This document shows positions 39,164 to 48,424 of a stretch of DNA of 64,000 bases, piece after piece. The first letter of the stretch is position 1. Each line of letters opens with the position of its first letter. The position numbers and the translations under genes are program-made. This DNA comes from Fibrobacteria bacterium (lineage in GTDB: Bacteria; Fibrobacterota; Fibrobacteria; UBA11236). The notes beneath the pieces were generated by a model. The model was not told the DNA's origin. It searched no databases and saw only the letters and a program-made list of their open reading frames with translations. The stretch covers positions 32,001 through 96,000 of the forward strand of contig JAYTSD010000006.1 in the NCBI GenBank assembly GCA_043745805.1. The letters are read 5' to 3'.

Positions 39164-39383
39164 TTCTATTAAAAAGAATATTTTGCGGCGATTACGTTGT
39201 TTTATTATGACAGAAGATGGTGTGAAAAATAAAATGCCAATAAATGTCAAATTTTTTTGTCAAGACTCTACACTTATTCACACTTATTACAATTATTGTC
39301 AGTCAATAGTAAATGTCGACCTACAGGCCATATAAACAATGGCTTATAGGGCATGACAAAAAATAATTTATTATCAAATGAAT

Positions 39384-40277
39384 TTATTTGTGGTTTTGAA
39401 ATGGTGTAAATTCGGTTTTATGTCCGTCAAGCGTAAAATAATTTTTCTCATCTTTTATTAATACCGCCGACTTTATTCCTAAATCCACCATTTTAATAGG
39501 TGTTTCGCGATGACGATTTTTAAAGGCAGTTTTTAGGGCCGTCGTGCCAGAGGCTAAATCCATAATTTCCCAATTTTTAAAATAAGTTATAGCACCTTCG
39601 GCTTGTAAGCCTAGTGATCCTTTTACCAAAGGAATTTGCGTTCCCGTTGTTCCTGCAATGCGAACCTTAGAGCAGCTCATGGTTACAAAGCTATTCACCT
39701 TAATTTCCAAACTATCGTCCCATACAAATACTTCAATGGAATTCCAGCCACTCACTTCATGTTTCGCATTTTTCACGACATGCAATCGTCCAGTTGCCGC
39801 TCCAACTGTTGCTGCCACACCGCCACTATCCTTCGACACGTAGCGCGTAAGGTCCTTAGCATCGGCGGTAATATTCACCCATGCATTGGTGGTCCACAGG
39901 CTTCCCGCATCTCCGGGCATGGTTTGAATTTCCAATCCATCGGGCCAAACTTTATCTTTAATAATGTGATAGAGTAAGCCGGTATTTCCATTGGCCTTAT
40001 ATTGTAAGCGAGTGCGATAGCGTGTGTATTGAGTTTCCGTAGCAATGTAGCCAGTTACATTATTGTTAATCATTAATTGATTAGAGTCCGGCAAGGGTTT
40101 GAAGTTTATGGAGTCCTTACGGTTTGTGCTGCCAAAGGTATATAAGCCATCTAAATTTTTCCCATTAAAAACTTTAACCCAAGTGGGTTCTGCTTGACTG
40201 GTAGTATAATATCCGCTTGCTAAGAGGAAGAAAACAAAAAATGAAAGCATTTTTTTTGAACGAGAAGTAAAATTCAT
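39384..40277 (-). CDS. Secreted DUF1080 (3-keto-disaccharide hydrolase-like) protein with C-terminal tail
   Basis: Signal peptide, WVKVFNGKNLDG, NTGLLY, LEIQ, GWNSIEV, GSLGLQAEG..YFKN; ATG at 40277 after GGAGG. Confidence 0.75.
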   Translation of the reverse strand: MNFTSRSKKMLSFFVFFLLASGYYTTSQAEPTWVKVFNGKNLDGLYTFGSTNRKDSINFKPLPDSNQLMINNNVTGYIATETQYTRYRTRLQYKANGNTGLLYHIIKDKVWPDGLEIQTMPGDAGSLWTTNAWVNITADAKDLTRYVSKDSGGVAATVGAATGRLHVVKNAKHEVSGWNSIEVFVWDDSLEIKVNSFVTMSCSKVRIAGTTGTQIPLVKGSLGLQAEGAITYFKNWEIMDLASGTTALKTAFKNRHRETPIKMVDLGIKSAVLIKDEKNYFTLDGHKTEFTPFQNHK

Positions 40278-40431
40278 AAGGTCCTCCATATTTTGTTATG
40301 CACCATATTTCCCCAAAATAATGGCAACCGGTAATTAGAGGTAAATGTAAAGCGAAGCGGAATAATTTTCTGGGCGATTTGCAAAAAAAGCTCAGGCAGT
40401 AGCATAAAAACGAAATTGTTTAGTAGGAATA

Positions 40432-41469
40432 TTAAGCTTTGTCTCCTCTATTCTCTAAAGCACTTTGGTATTCGCCTTCATGACAAATAGCAGTAAGGTT
40501 TAAATTTTCCACTTCTTTTTCAGTAACATGACCAAAACGCAACATGGTTTGCAAATACCATTTCGCATGCTTAGGATTGGGATAGGAGGCGCCTTCACCT
40601 GCAAAGCGTAAAAAATTTTGTGGGAAAATTTTGCGTTTTCCACCCGCTTCTAATTCACTATTCAAAGCGTTTTCTAAAAGACTTTGGGAGGTGTTTACAT
40701 AACGCTTTCCCGATAGCAGCGTAGCCGCTTCTTTATGGTTTTCTTTTTTTTGTAACCATTGCGCTGCCGAAAAAAGTGCGCGTAATACGGCAGCATGTGC
40801 TTCTTGATTTTGTTGTAACCAAAAATTTTTTAATCCTAAAACTTTTTCGCCACAAGGAGGAGCGCAATCTTCGCTAACACCTACGATAAATCCTAATTTT
40901 GAAATAGCTGCCCTTTGATTCCAAGGTTCTCCCGCACAAAATCCATCAATGGCTCCCGTGCGTAATTGCCCGACCATTTCTTGCGGAGGTACTACTTTTA
41001 AAACAATATTATCGCCAATTGCCAAACCCGCTTTTGCTAACCATATACGCCATAAATATTCATGTGTGCTGCGCGGAAATACAATCCCTAAGCGCAAAGG
41101 CTCGGAAGCCTTTTCATTTTGCAACCAATGGGCTAAGGATAAAGCATCACTCACTCCGGCATTCCATAAACGGTTGCTCAAAGTAATGGCATTACCATAT
41201 TGACTCAATGTATAAGCGTAACCGCAAGGTTCCGCAGGACCATGATGCCCCAAGCTTATTTGTAAAGGCAATGTGATAAGCATATGAGCGGCTTGAATAT
41301 CATCGTTTAATAAGCGCTGACAAATTTGTCCCCAATTTTGAAACTTGCAAAGCTCCACCGGGATATTTTCTTTTTCAAAAAATCCCAATTCTTTAGCAAT
41401 AACTAATGGGGCGCAGTCCGCAAGCGGAATGAAGCCGATACGAAGAATGGAGGTGGTGGTAAAATTCAT
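40432..41469 (-). CDS. nasS: Cytoplasmic NrtA-fold nitrate sensor (NasS-like)
   Basis: LRIGFIPLADCAPL directly at the N-terminus (no signal peptide), GNAITLS, FPRSTH, VVPPQEMV, GFCAGEPWN, EKVLG. Confidence 0.75.
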   Translation of the reverse strand: MNFTTTSILRIGFIPLADCAPLVIAKELGFFEKENIPVELCKFQNWGQICQRLLNDDIQAAHMLITLPLQISLGHHGPAEPCGYAYTLSQYGNAITLSNRLWNAGVSDALSLAHWLQNEKASEPLRLGIVFPRSTHEYLWRIWLAKAGLAIGDNIVLKVVPPQEMVGQLRTGAIDGFCAGEPWNQRAAISKLGFIVGVSEDCAPPCGEKVLGLKNFWLQQNQEAHAAVLRALFSAAQWLQKKENHKEAATLLSGKRYVNTSQSLLENALNSELEAGGKRKIFPQNFLRFAGEGASYPNPKHAKWYLQTMLRFGHVTEKEVENLNLTAICHEGEYQSALENRGDKA

Positions 41470-41614
41470 ATAAGCTTTAAGTGAGAATTAAAGTAATTCT
41501 TGAACATCAAAATTGTGTAGCTTTTTTTTTAAAACACCGGTAAAATCGTGAAAAGGTTTAAAAAAATCGTTTGTTTAAAAACAAGTGGAAGTATTCAATA
41601 ATCTGGAGCATAAA

Positions 41615-43246
41615 ATGAGTTCTAATCAACAACCTCGCCAAAATATTTTTGCTTCTGCTTGGTCGCAAATACGGCAGGGAAATGCAACTTTGCTCGTGAT
41701 TTTGTCCATGTCCGGTTTCGTTTTGTTTTGGATATTTTCTTCACAAACATTGAATACTGTCAAGGTGAATGGTGAAATGTATAAGAATATTGTGCGCGGT
41801 AAGGATTTGATTGCCGATATTCTCCCTCCTCCTGAATATATACTCGAATCGTATTTGGTGGTTTTACAATTATGTGATGAAACGGATCCAGCAAAGCTGC
41901 AACAACTTTTCGATAAAAGTAAATCCTTGAAAAAAGATTTTTTAGATAGGCATGCTTATTGGGATGGTGATTTGCCCGCAAACGAAATGCGCACGACATT
42001 GTTAGAAACGTCATATGCACCAGCAATGGAGTTTTATAAAATTCGCGATGAGCAATTTTTACCGCTCATTCAAGCTGGAAAAAAAGCAGAAGCTAAGGCC
42101 TTAGCCGCAGGATCCATGAAAGTGGTATATGAAGCGCATCGTCAGGCAATTGATAAAGTGGTGGCCTTGTCCACCGAGCATAATTCGGCCTATGAAGCCT
42201 CAGCTAATGGCTTAATCAAAAAGCGTACACTCATGTTAACATTACTCGGGTTTTTTATTTTGGTGGTAAATGTATTTGGTTTTGTAACTATGCGTAAGGT
42301 TATTGCGCAACAATTGAAAGAATTGTTAGCCGCACTTAATGCTTTGGGTGAAGGCAATCTTACTTATAAATTAAATATGGTCGAAGGATCAGAGTTTGGT
42401 AAAATTGGAAAATCATTAAATCGCGGTATGGAAAAAGTGGCGGATACGATTAAAACTATTCGCCATAATGCGGATTTATTGTCGGGTTATGCACAAAATA
42501 TGTTGAAAGAAAATTTAGAAATTGGAAGCTCCATTCAAAAAATCTCCAGCCAAGCCAAGCATGTGTCGGACAATGCGGAACAAGTGGGACGAGACTCACA
42601 AACATTAGCCGCCGGTACTGAAGAAATGACGGCGAGTATTAAAGAAATTTCTCGTAATACGTCTTCTGCCTCTGAAGTGGTATCGGGCATGGTTTCCAAA
42701 TTACAATTAACGGATACCGGTGTGACCAAGCTCAGAGAAAGTAGTGAACAAATTGGGCAATTCATAACGGAAATTACCGCGATAGCCGAGCAAACCAATT
42801 TATTGGCTTTGAATGCCACCATTGAAGCAGCACGCGCAGGTGAGTCCGGTAAAGGCTTTGCTGTGGTGGCGAGTGAAGTAAAAGAATTGGCTAAAGCCAC
42901 GGCTAAGGCTTCGGATGAAATTATTCGTCGTATAACAGTTATTCAAAGTGATACTCAAGGTGCTGCCAATAATATTCGCGATATTCGTTTGATTGTTGGC
43001 AATGTGCATGATTACCAAAGTTCCATAGCAAGTGCCGTGGAAGAGCAAAGTGTCACGACTTCGGAAATGAGTGGTAACATTAATGCTTCGGCCCAAAATA
43101 GTATTGAAATTGCTAATACGGTAACAGCGCTTGCTGAATCGATGGGTGATACTGCCAAAGGTGCCGAAAAAAATAGTGAAGCGGCTAAAAAATTAACCGC
43201 CATGGCTACTGAATTAAAAACTTTAGTCGGCCAGTTCCAATGTTGA
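41615..43246 (+). CDS. Methyl-accepting chemotaxis protein (TM, periplasmic sensor, TM, HAMP, MA domain)
   Basis: [37 protein letters not shown]; sensor [17 protein letters not shown] at 41615 after GGAG. Confidence 0.92.
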   Translation: MSSNQQPRQNIFASAWSQIRQGNATLLVILSMSGFVLFWIFSSQTLNTVKVNGEMYKNIVRGKDLIADILPPPEYILESYLVVLQLCDETDPAKLQQLFDKSKSLKKDFLDRHAYWDGDLPANEMRTTLLETSYAPAMEFYKIRDEQFLPLIQAGKKAEAKALAAGSMKVVYEAHRQAIDKVVALSTEHNSAYEASANGLIKKRTLMLTLLGFFILVVNVFGFVTMRKVIAQQLKELLAALNALGEGNLTYKLNMVEGSEFGKIGKSLNRGMEKVADTIKTIRHNADLLSGYAQNMLKENLEIGSSIQKISSQAKHVSDNAEQVGRDSQTLAAGTEEMTASIKEISRNTSSASEVVSGMVSKLQLTDTGVTKLRESSEQIGQFITEITAIAEQTNLLALNATIEAARAGESGKGFAVVASEVKELAKATAKASDEIIRRITVIQSDTQGAANNIRDIRLIVGNVHDYQSSIASAVEEQSVTTSEMSGNINASAQNSIEIANTVTALAESMGDTAKGAEKNSEAAKKLTAMATELKTLVGQFQC

Positions 43247-43251
43247 TTTTT

Positions 43252-44988
43252 TTAGCGTAATAATAACCACAGCTCAATACTTGCTGCGAGTGTCGTTAGC
43301 CCAGCAAGTAATTTCCATACCAGCAAGGGATTGCGTTCGAGTAGAGGACGGAATACCGGCGCATGGACAACTTCTTCCTGTTTTTCCAAATGAAATTGTA
43401 ATTCCGATACCGACTCATATCTTTTTTTAGGATCCGCTTCCGTAGCTTTTTGTAATGCCGCTTCCAACCAAAAAGGGGTTTCGGGACGAAAGCGTGAAGG
43501 CGGAATCCATCGAATAAAACGTGGGGAAGAAAAGGGTTCGATTTCCCCATACGGATATTTGCGGGTTAATAATTCATAAAGGGTAACTCCTAAAGCATAA
43601 ATATCCGACTGTACCGAAGTTCTATCTCCACGAAAAACCTCGGGAGCCATATAGCTTGGGGTTCCCGGGGCTGAGAAAGCTAATCCCTCGCCGGTAATGG
43701 GTTGCAAGCCATCCACTTGAATAATTCCCAAATCCATAATTTTAACTTTGCCATTACGATCGATAAAAATATTGTCGGGTTTAATATCGCGATGCACAAT
43801 ATCCTTGCTATGCAAAACATGTAAACCTTTACAAATTTGCAAACCAATTTGTACTACTTCATCCGCCGAAAAATAATGCCCACGCTTGATACGCTGGCGT
43901 AAAGTTTCGCCTTGATAAAACGGCATTGCATAATATAAACAGGATCGTCGGCCCGAAGTAATAGGTAACACGGGTATGACATATTCACTATAAATACGTT
44001 TGCCTACCCATTCCTCGCGGAGAAATCGATCGATAAACACTTTATCATCGCGAAAACGGGGATGCGGAAATTTGAGCGCCACACTTTCGCCGGTACGGGT
44101 ATCTTCCGCTTGGTAGATGGAGGCCATATAGCCCTCATGCACGGTGCGTAAAATGCGGAAATCATCTAGTATTTGCCCAGGTAACACTGTGGTTGCGAAA
44201 GGTAAATCCGAAGCTTCGCTTTGCAAATCGGCTTCTTGATGTTCTGGAAGGCTTTCAATATGTACGACTTGGGTGGTGATATTATCTTGAGAGCCGAAGC
44301 TAAAGGCGGCATGTACTAATTGATCCGCGGCAGTTTGGGGATCTATTTCTCCTAAGGCAATGGAAAGTAGTTTTTCATCGGGTAGGCATTTGTTTAAACC
44401 ATCTGTGCATAGCACAAAAATATCGCCGATTTTAAGTTCGTCTTGAAAAAAATCAGCATGAATATGACTGTCTAAACCAATTGCACGCGAAACCACATTA
44501 CGCATTTCGGGATGATCCCAAACATGATCTTGAGTTAATAATTTTATTTGTTTATTACGAATTAAATAGATGCGACTATCGCCTACATGCGAGACAAAAT
44601 AACGATGGCCCTTAATGATTAAAGCCGAAAATGTAGTGGCGGCACCCCCGCGACTTTGTTCAGCTTTTTCCGGTTGATAAATACTTTGATTGAGTTGGGT
44701 TAAAATTTGTTCAACGCATTTTTGAATACTCCATGTGTCAGGAGTACTATAATAATCAGCAAGAAAATTTTTTACCGATTTCTCGGCAGCAGCTCTGCCA
44801 CCATGGCCAATACCCACACCATCGGCTACCACAACGGCCACACCCTTTGATTGCAGGGCATCGCCTTCGGGTGTTACGCAACCATAAAAATCTTCATTGC
44901 CTTGTCGACGCCCTTGAGAGGAATGGACACCAAGAGCGACTTTTAATTTTTTCAAACGCGTGCTTTTGTCACTAAGGGTGAACCCCAT
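43252..44988 (-). CDS. Bifunctional PP2C phosphatase / Ser-Thr kinase
   Basis: NED, VADGVG, HVGDSRIY, LCTDG, SQDNIT; then VALK, HRDIKPDN, DLG, GTPSYMAPE, DIYALG; C-terminal TM. Confidence 0.9.
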   Translation of the reverse strand: MGFTLSDKSTRLKKLKVALGVHSSQGRRQGNEDFYGCVTPEGDALQSKGVAVVVADGVGIGHGGRAAAEKSVKNFLADYYSTPDTWSIQKCVEQILTQLNQSIYQPEKAEQSRGGAATTFSALIIKGHRYFVSHVGDSRIYLIRNKQIKLLTQDHVWDHPEMRNVVSRAIGLDSHIHADFFQDELKIGDIFVLCTDGLNKCLPDEKLLSIALGEIDPQTAADQLVHAAFSFGSQDNITTQVVHIESLPEHQEADLQSEASDLPFATTVLPGQILDDFRILRTVHEGYMASIYQAEDTRTGESVALKFPHPRFRDDKVFIDRFLREEWVGKRIYSEYVIPVLPITSGRRSCLYYAMPFYQGETLRQRIKRGHYFSADEVVQIGLQICKGLHVLHSKDIVHRDIKPDNIFIDRNGKVKIMDLGIIQVDGLQPITGEGLAFSAPGTPSYMAPEVFRGDRTSVQSDIYALGVTLYELLTRKYPYGEIEPFSSPRFIRWIPPSRFRPETPFWLEAALQKATEADPKKRYESVSELQFHLEKQEEVVHAPVFRPLLERNPLLVWKLLAGLTTLAASIELWLLLR

Positions 44989-46166
44989 GTCGTGCGCCAG
45001 CGTTTTTTAACACTCATTAAACCAATGAAAGCACAAATTCCCATGCCCGCAAAAATAATAAGTCCCATACGATAATCACCGGTATATTGTTTACAAAATC
45101 CTAATGAAGTGGCTAAATAAAATCCGCCCATGCCACCAGCCATTCCGACCAGCCCAGTAAGTACGCCAATTTCACGACGAAAACGTTGGGGGATTAATTG
45201 AAATACGGCACCATTACCCATGCCAAGGCAAGTCATGCACAAAACAAAGAGTACCACAGAAATCCAAAGTATATGTGGAGCAAACGCAATTGTAAGCAAA
45301 CAAGCTGCTACACATAAATAAAGTGTTTGTAAAGATTTTATTCCACCGATTTTATCCGCTAGGTTACCTCCAAAAGGACGGGACATTGATCCCGCAAAAA
45401 CACAAGCCGCGGTTAAATAACCAGCCGTAACTGGCGAGATACCATATTGACTATTGAAATAAATCACTAAGCTCGAAGCCAATCCCACAAAGCCACCAAA
45501 AGTTACGAGATAGAAGAACATAAACCACCAAGCATCCTGGTCCCGTAAAACAGCTAAGTATTGCGAAAGTTTTTTAGGAGGAGGCGCATCAGGCGCATCT
45601 TTAGCGAGTATGGTAAAAATGATGAAAGTTATAGAGAGCGGAATTAAGGCTATTCCAAAAACGGCATTCCAACCATAATGATTGGCTAATAGCGGTGCAA
45701 ATAAAGCAGAAAATACCGTACCCGAATTTCCCGCTCCCGCAATACCCATTGCCAAACCTTGCGATTCGGGAGGATACCAACGTGAGGCCAGCGGCAAAGC
45801 AACGGCAAAGGCAGTCCCTGCTACACCTAATAAGATTCCCATGAAATACATTTCCTGCAAATTATGCAAATGAAATATCCAAGCCCATAATAAGCCAGCA
45901 ATAACTACAACTTGTGTGAGCATGCCGGTTTTTTTAGCGCCAATTTTATCCACGAAAATTCCTATGAAGAGACGCATAATAGCCCCTGCTAATACGGGGA
46001 CTGCGACCATTAAACCTTTTTGCGAAGGGGATAAGCCTAAATCGCGCGCTATGTGCACGCCTAGAGGGCCGAGTAAAACCCAAACCATAAAACTCATGTC
46101 AAAATAAAGAAATGCAGAAAATAATGTTGCCGGATGGCCCGCTTTCATAAAGCTTTTGATATTCAC
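44952..46166 (-). CDS. narK: NarK/NasA-family MFS nitrate/nitrite transporter
   Basis: LFSAFLYFDMSFMVW, FAVALPLASRWYPP..QG.AMGIAGAGNSG, TFGGFVG, GMGNGAVFQL.PQRF. Confidence 0.9.
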   Translation of the reverse strand: MNIKSFMKAGHPATLFSAFLYFDMSFMVWVLLGPLGVHIARDLGLSPSQKGLMVAVPVLAGAIMRLFIGIFVDKIGAKKTGMLTQVVVIAGLLWAWIFHLHNLQEMYFMGILLGVAGTAFAVALPLASRWYPPESQGLAMGIAGAGNSGTVFSALFAPLLANHYGWNAVFGIALIPLSITFIIFTILAKDAPDAPPPKKLSQYLAVLRDQDAWWFMFFYLVTFGGFVGLASSLVIYFNSQYGISPVTAGYLTAACVFAGSMSRPFGGNLADKIGGIKSLQTLYLCVAACLLTIAFAPHILWISVVLFVLCMTCLGMGNGAVFQLIPQRFRREIGVLTGLVGMAGGMGGFYLATSLGFCKQYTGDYRMGLIIFAGMGICAFIGLMSVKKRWRTTWGSPLVTKARV

Positions 46167-46204
46167 GATTCAACCCCTAAAATTCATTTGTTGCTGTTTG
46201 AGAA

Positions 46205-46220
46205 AGCAAACCTTAGGCCA
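46205..46220 (-). promoter_or_regulatory. Sigma-54 -24/-12 promoter of the narK-kinase operon
   Basis: TGGCCT-AAGGT-TTGCT, about 40 nt upstream of the GTG start. Confidence 0.65.
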
Positions 46221-46429
46221 TTAATTTTTCTTCTGCTTTACAAATGTCTAAATAACCTGAATAAATTGGCTTAAATTGATAATTATCGTTTAAAATTGGC
46301 CATTGTAAAAAATACCATTAGTTCTGGTAGGGTAATTTATTGTCATTTGTTGTTAAACAATAAAAGACAATTGTCGACAATCAAAGTTAATTAAAGACCA
46401 CAAACCCATGATACACGTGGTTTACAGAG

Positions 46430-46445
46430 TGGTACAAAATTTGCG
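46430..46445 (+). promoter_or_regulatory. Sigma-54 -24/-12 promoter of the nirA operon
   Basis: TGGTAC-AAAAT-TTGCG. Confidence 0.65.
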
Positions 46446-46468
46446 TTACCTAATTTTGGTTTTACAAC

Positions 46469-46499
46469 CCAACCGATTCCGGTCTGCCCGGGCTTTTGG
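46469..46499 (+). ncRNA. Conserved 31-nt leader hairpin, copy in nirA 5' UTR (putative cis-regulatory RNA)
   Basis: CCAACCGATTCCGGTCTGCCCGGGCTTTTGG, 28/31 identical to 39085-39115 (-). Confidence 0.55.
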
Positions 46500-46532
46500 A
46501 CGACGACTCAATGCTTATTCAGGAGTACGCCC

Positions 46533-48404
46533 ATGGCAACGGAAAACACAACTCAAACATTTGTTTCGCCAATATCCCAAATGCATGCAAGCACGGCCAA
46601 TCAAGGCTCTCCAGTTATTGCAGGAAAAGATTTTTCGTCTGAACAAAAAGAATATCTCGATGGTTTTTTTAGGGGTTTGCTATCGACATCCCTAAATGTG
46701 AACGGGGTAAATCGCAATTCAACCACTGCCATTACGACTGCTACTATTCCTTATGGTGAAGCCGAAGCCATTGGTTATAAGGCGCAATTGGCTTGGACGG
46801 ATGCAGGTAAAAAATTAAGTAAAGAAGAACAAATAAAATTTGCAGCCAATCCTCTTGATAGCTGGGGAAAGATTCGCGCCTTATCAGTAGAAGGCCAGTT
46901 GCCGCAAGGGCCGGACATTTTCCATTTCAAATATCACGGTCTCTTCAATGTTAGCCCTGCGCAAGAAAGTATGATGTGTCGTATGCGGCTTCCAGGCGGT
47001 GTACTTAAATCCTATCAGCTCGAAGGCATTGCTAATGCTGCCGAAAATTTTGGTGGAGGCTATGCGCATATTACTACGCGCGCAAATTTTCAAATTCGTG
47101 AAATACCCGCAACCGGTATGGAACCTTTGCTTACAACCTTACATGAAGTAGGTATTGTGCCACGGGGATCGGGTGCCGATAATATTCGCAATGTAACCGG
47201 CAATCCCACGGCAGGCATTGATAAGCAAGAGTTTTATGATGTTTTGCCTTTATGCAAAGAATTGCATCATTACATTCTCAATCATCGTGAAATGTACGGT
47301 TTACCGCGCAAGTTCAATGTGGCTTTTGATGGGGGCAATTCCATTGCCGCCTTAGAAGAGACTAATGATATTGGTTTTAAAGCCGTAAAGGTATTCTCGG
47401 GGGCGGGTTCGGGACATGAGTTTGCAACAGGCGTTTATTTTCGCGTCGCGTTAGGCGGCATTACCGGCCACAAAGATTTTGCCCGTGACACAGGTCTTTT
47501 ATTAAAACCGGAAGAATGTTTGCCAGTTACAGTGGCGATGATCAAAGTATTCATTGCCAATGGTGATAGAGGACAACGCGGCAAGGCGCGCTTAAAATAT
47601 GTATTGGATAAATGGGGCTTTGCCAAATTTTTAGAGGAAACACAGAAGTTACTCCCCTTTCCCTTAAATTATTTAGCCGCCGAAAAATGTGAATTTGCTC
47701 CGGCCATTGATAAACTCGCGCATGTAGGCATACATACCCAAAAACAAAAGGGACTTAGCTATATTGGGATTCATACGCCGGTGGGTCGCTTGAGCGTTAA
47801 ACAAATGCGCGACCTCGCAAGCATTGCGCAACAATTTGGTTCGGGAACTATTCGCTTAACGGTTTGGCAGAATTTAATCCTTTCGGACATTTCAAATAGC
47901 CAAGTGCCACAAGCTCTACAGGCATTGGAAGCAGCGGGCTTTGCATATCAACCGAATATGGTGCTTGCAGGCTTAGTCTCTTGCACGGGTGCCGAAGGTT
48001 GCAAGTTTGGTATGGCTGCCACCAAAAGCACCGCAGTGGTTCTGGCGGAATATTTAAATGGTAAGGTGGATTTGGATCAACCTGTGAATATTCATTTAAC
48101 CGGTTGTCCGCATTCTTGCGCACAACATTATATCGGAGATATTGGTCTATTAGCTACTTCTGCGGAAGTGAACGGAGAAAAAGTAGGTGCCTTCCATATT
48201 TATGTGGGCGGCGGTTATGCCGCTGAAAGAGGTATCGCACGACAAATTATGAAAGCGATTCCTATTACCACACTTCCGCAAACTTTAGAATTTGTTTTGA
48301 AAACCTATTTACAAAAACGCAAAGGCTCCGAAAGTTTTGCGGCATTTACTCAACAACTCGAAGAAACAGATTTGCTCACCATGTTCACACTAGCGCAAGC
48401 ATAA
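46533..48404 (+). CDS. nirA: Siroheme/[4Fe-4S] assimilatory nitrite reductase (NirA family)
   Basis: FKYHGLF, HITTRANFQIR, GADNIRNVT, LPRKFN, NDIG, RLTVWQN, SCTGAEGCKFG, HLTGCPHSCAQH. Confidence 0.88.
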   Translation: MATENTTQTFVSPISQMHASTANQGSPVIAGKDFSSEQKEYLDGFFRGLLSTSLNVNGVNRNSTTAITTATIPYGEAEAIGYKAQLAWTDAGKKLSKEEQIKFAANPLDSWGKIRALSVEGQLPQGPDIFHFKYHGLFNVSPAQESMMCRMRLPGGVLKSYQLEGIANAAENFGGGYAHITTRANFQIREIPATGMEPLLTTLHEVGIVPRGSGADNIRNVTGNPTAGIDKQEFYDVLPLCKELHHYILNHREMYGLPRKFNVAFDGGNSIAALEETNDIGFKAVKVFSGAGSGHEFATGVYFRVALGGITGHKDFARDTGLLLKPEECLPVTVAMIKVFIANGDRGQRGKARLKYVLDKWGFAKFLEETQKLLPFPLNYLAAEKCEFAPAIDKLAHVGIHTQKQKGLSYIGIHTPVGRLSVKQMRDLASIAQQFGSGTIRLTVWQNLILSDISNSQVPQALQALEAAGFAYQPNMVLAGLVSCTGAEGCKFGMAATKSTAVVLAEYLNGKVDLDQPVNIHLTGCPHSCAQHYIGDIGLLATSAEVNGEKVGAFHIYVGGGYAAERGIARQIMKAIPITTLPQTLEFVLKTYLQKRKGSESFAAFTQQLEETDLLTMFTLAQA

Positions 48405-48424
48405 ATTTTATTTCAAGGATAGCG

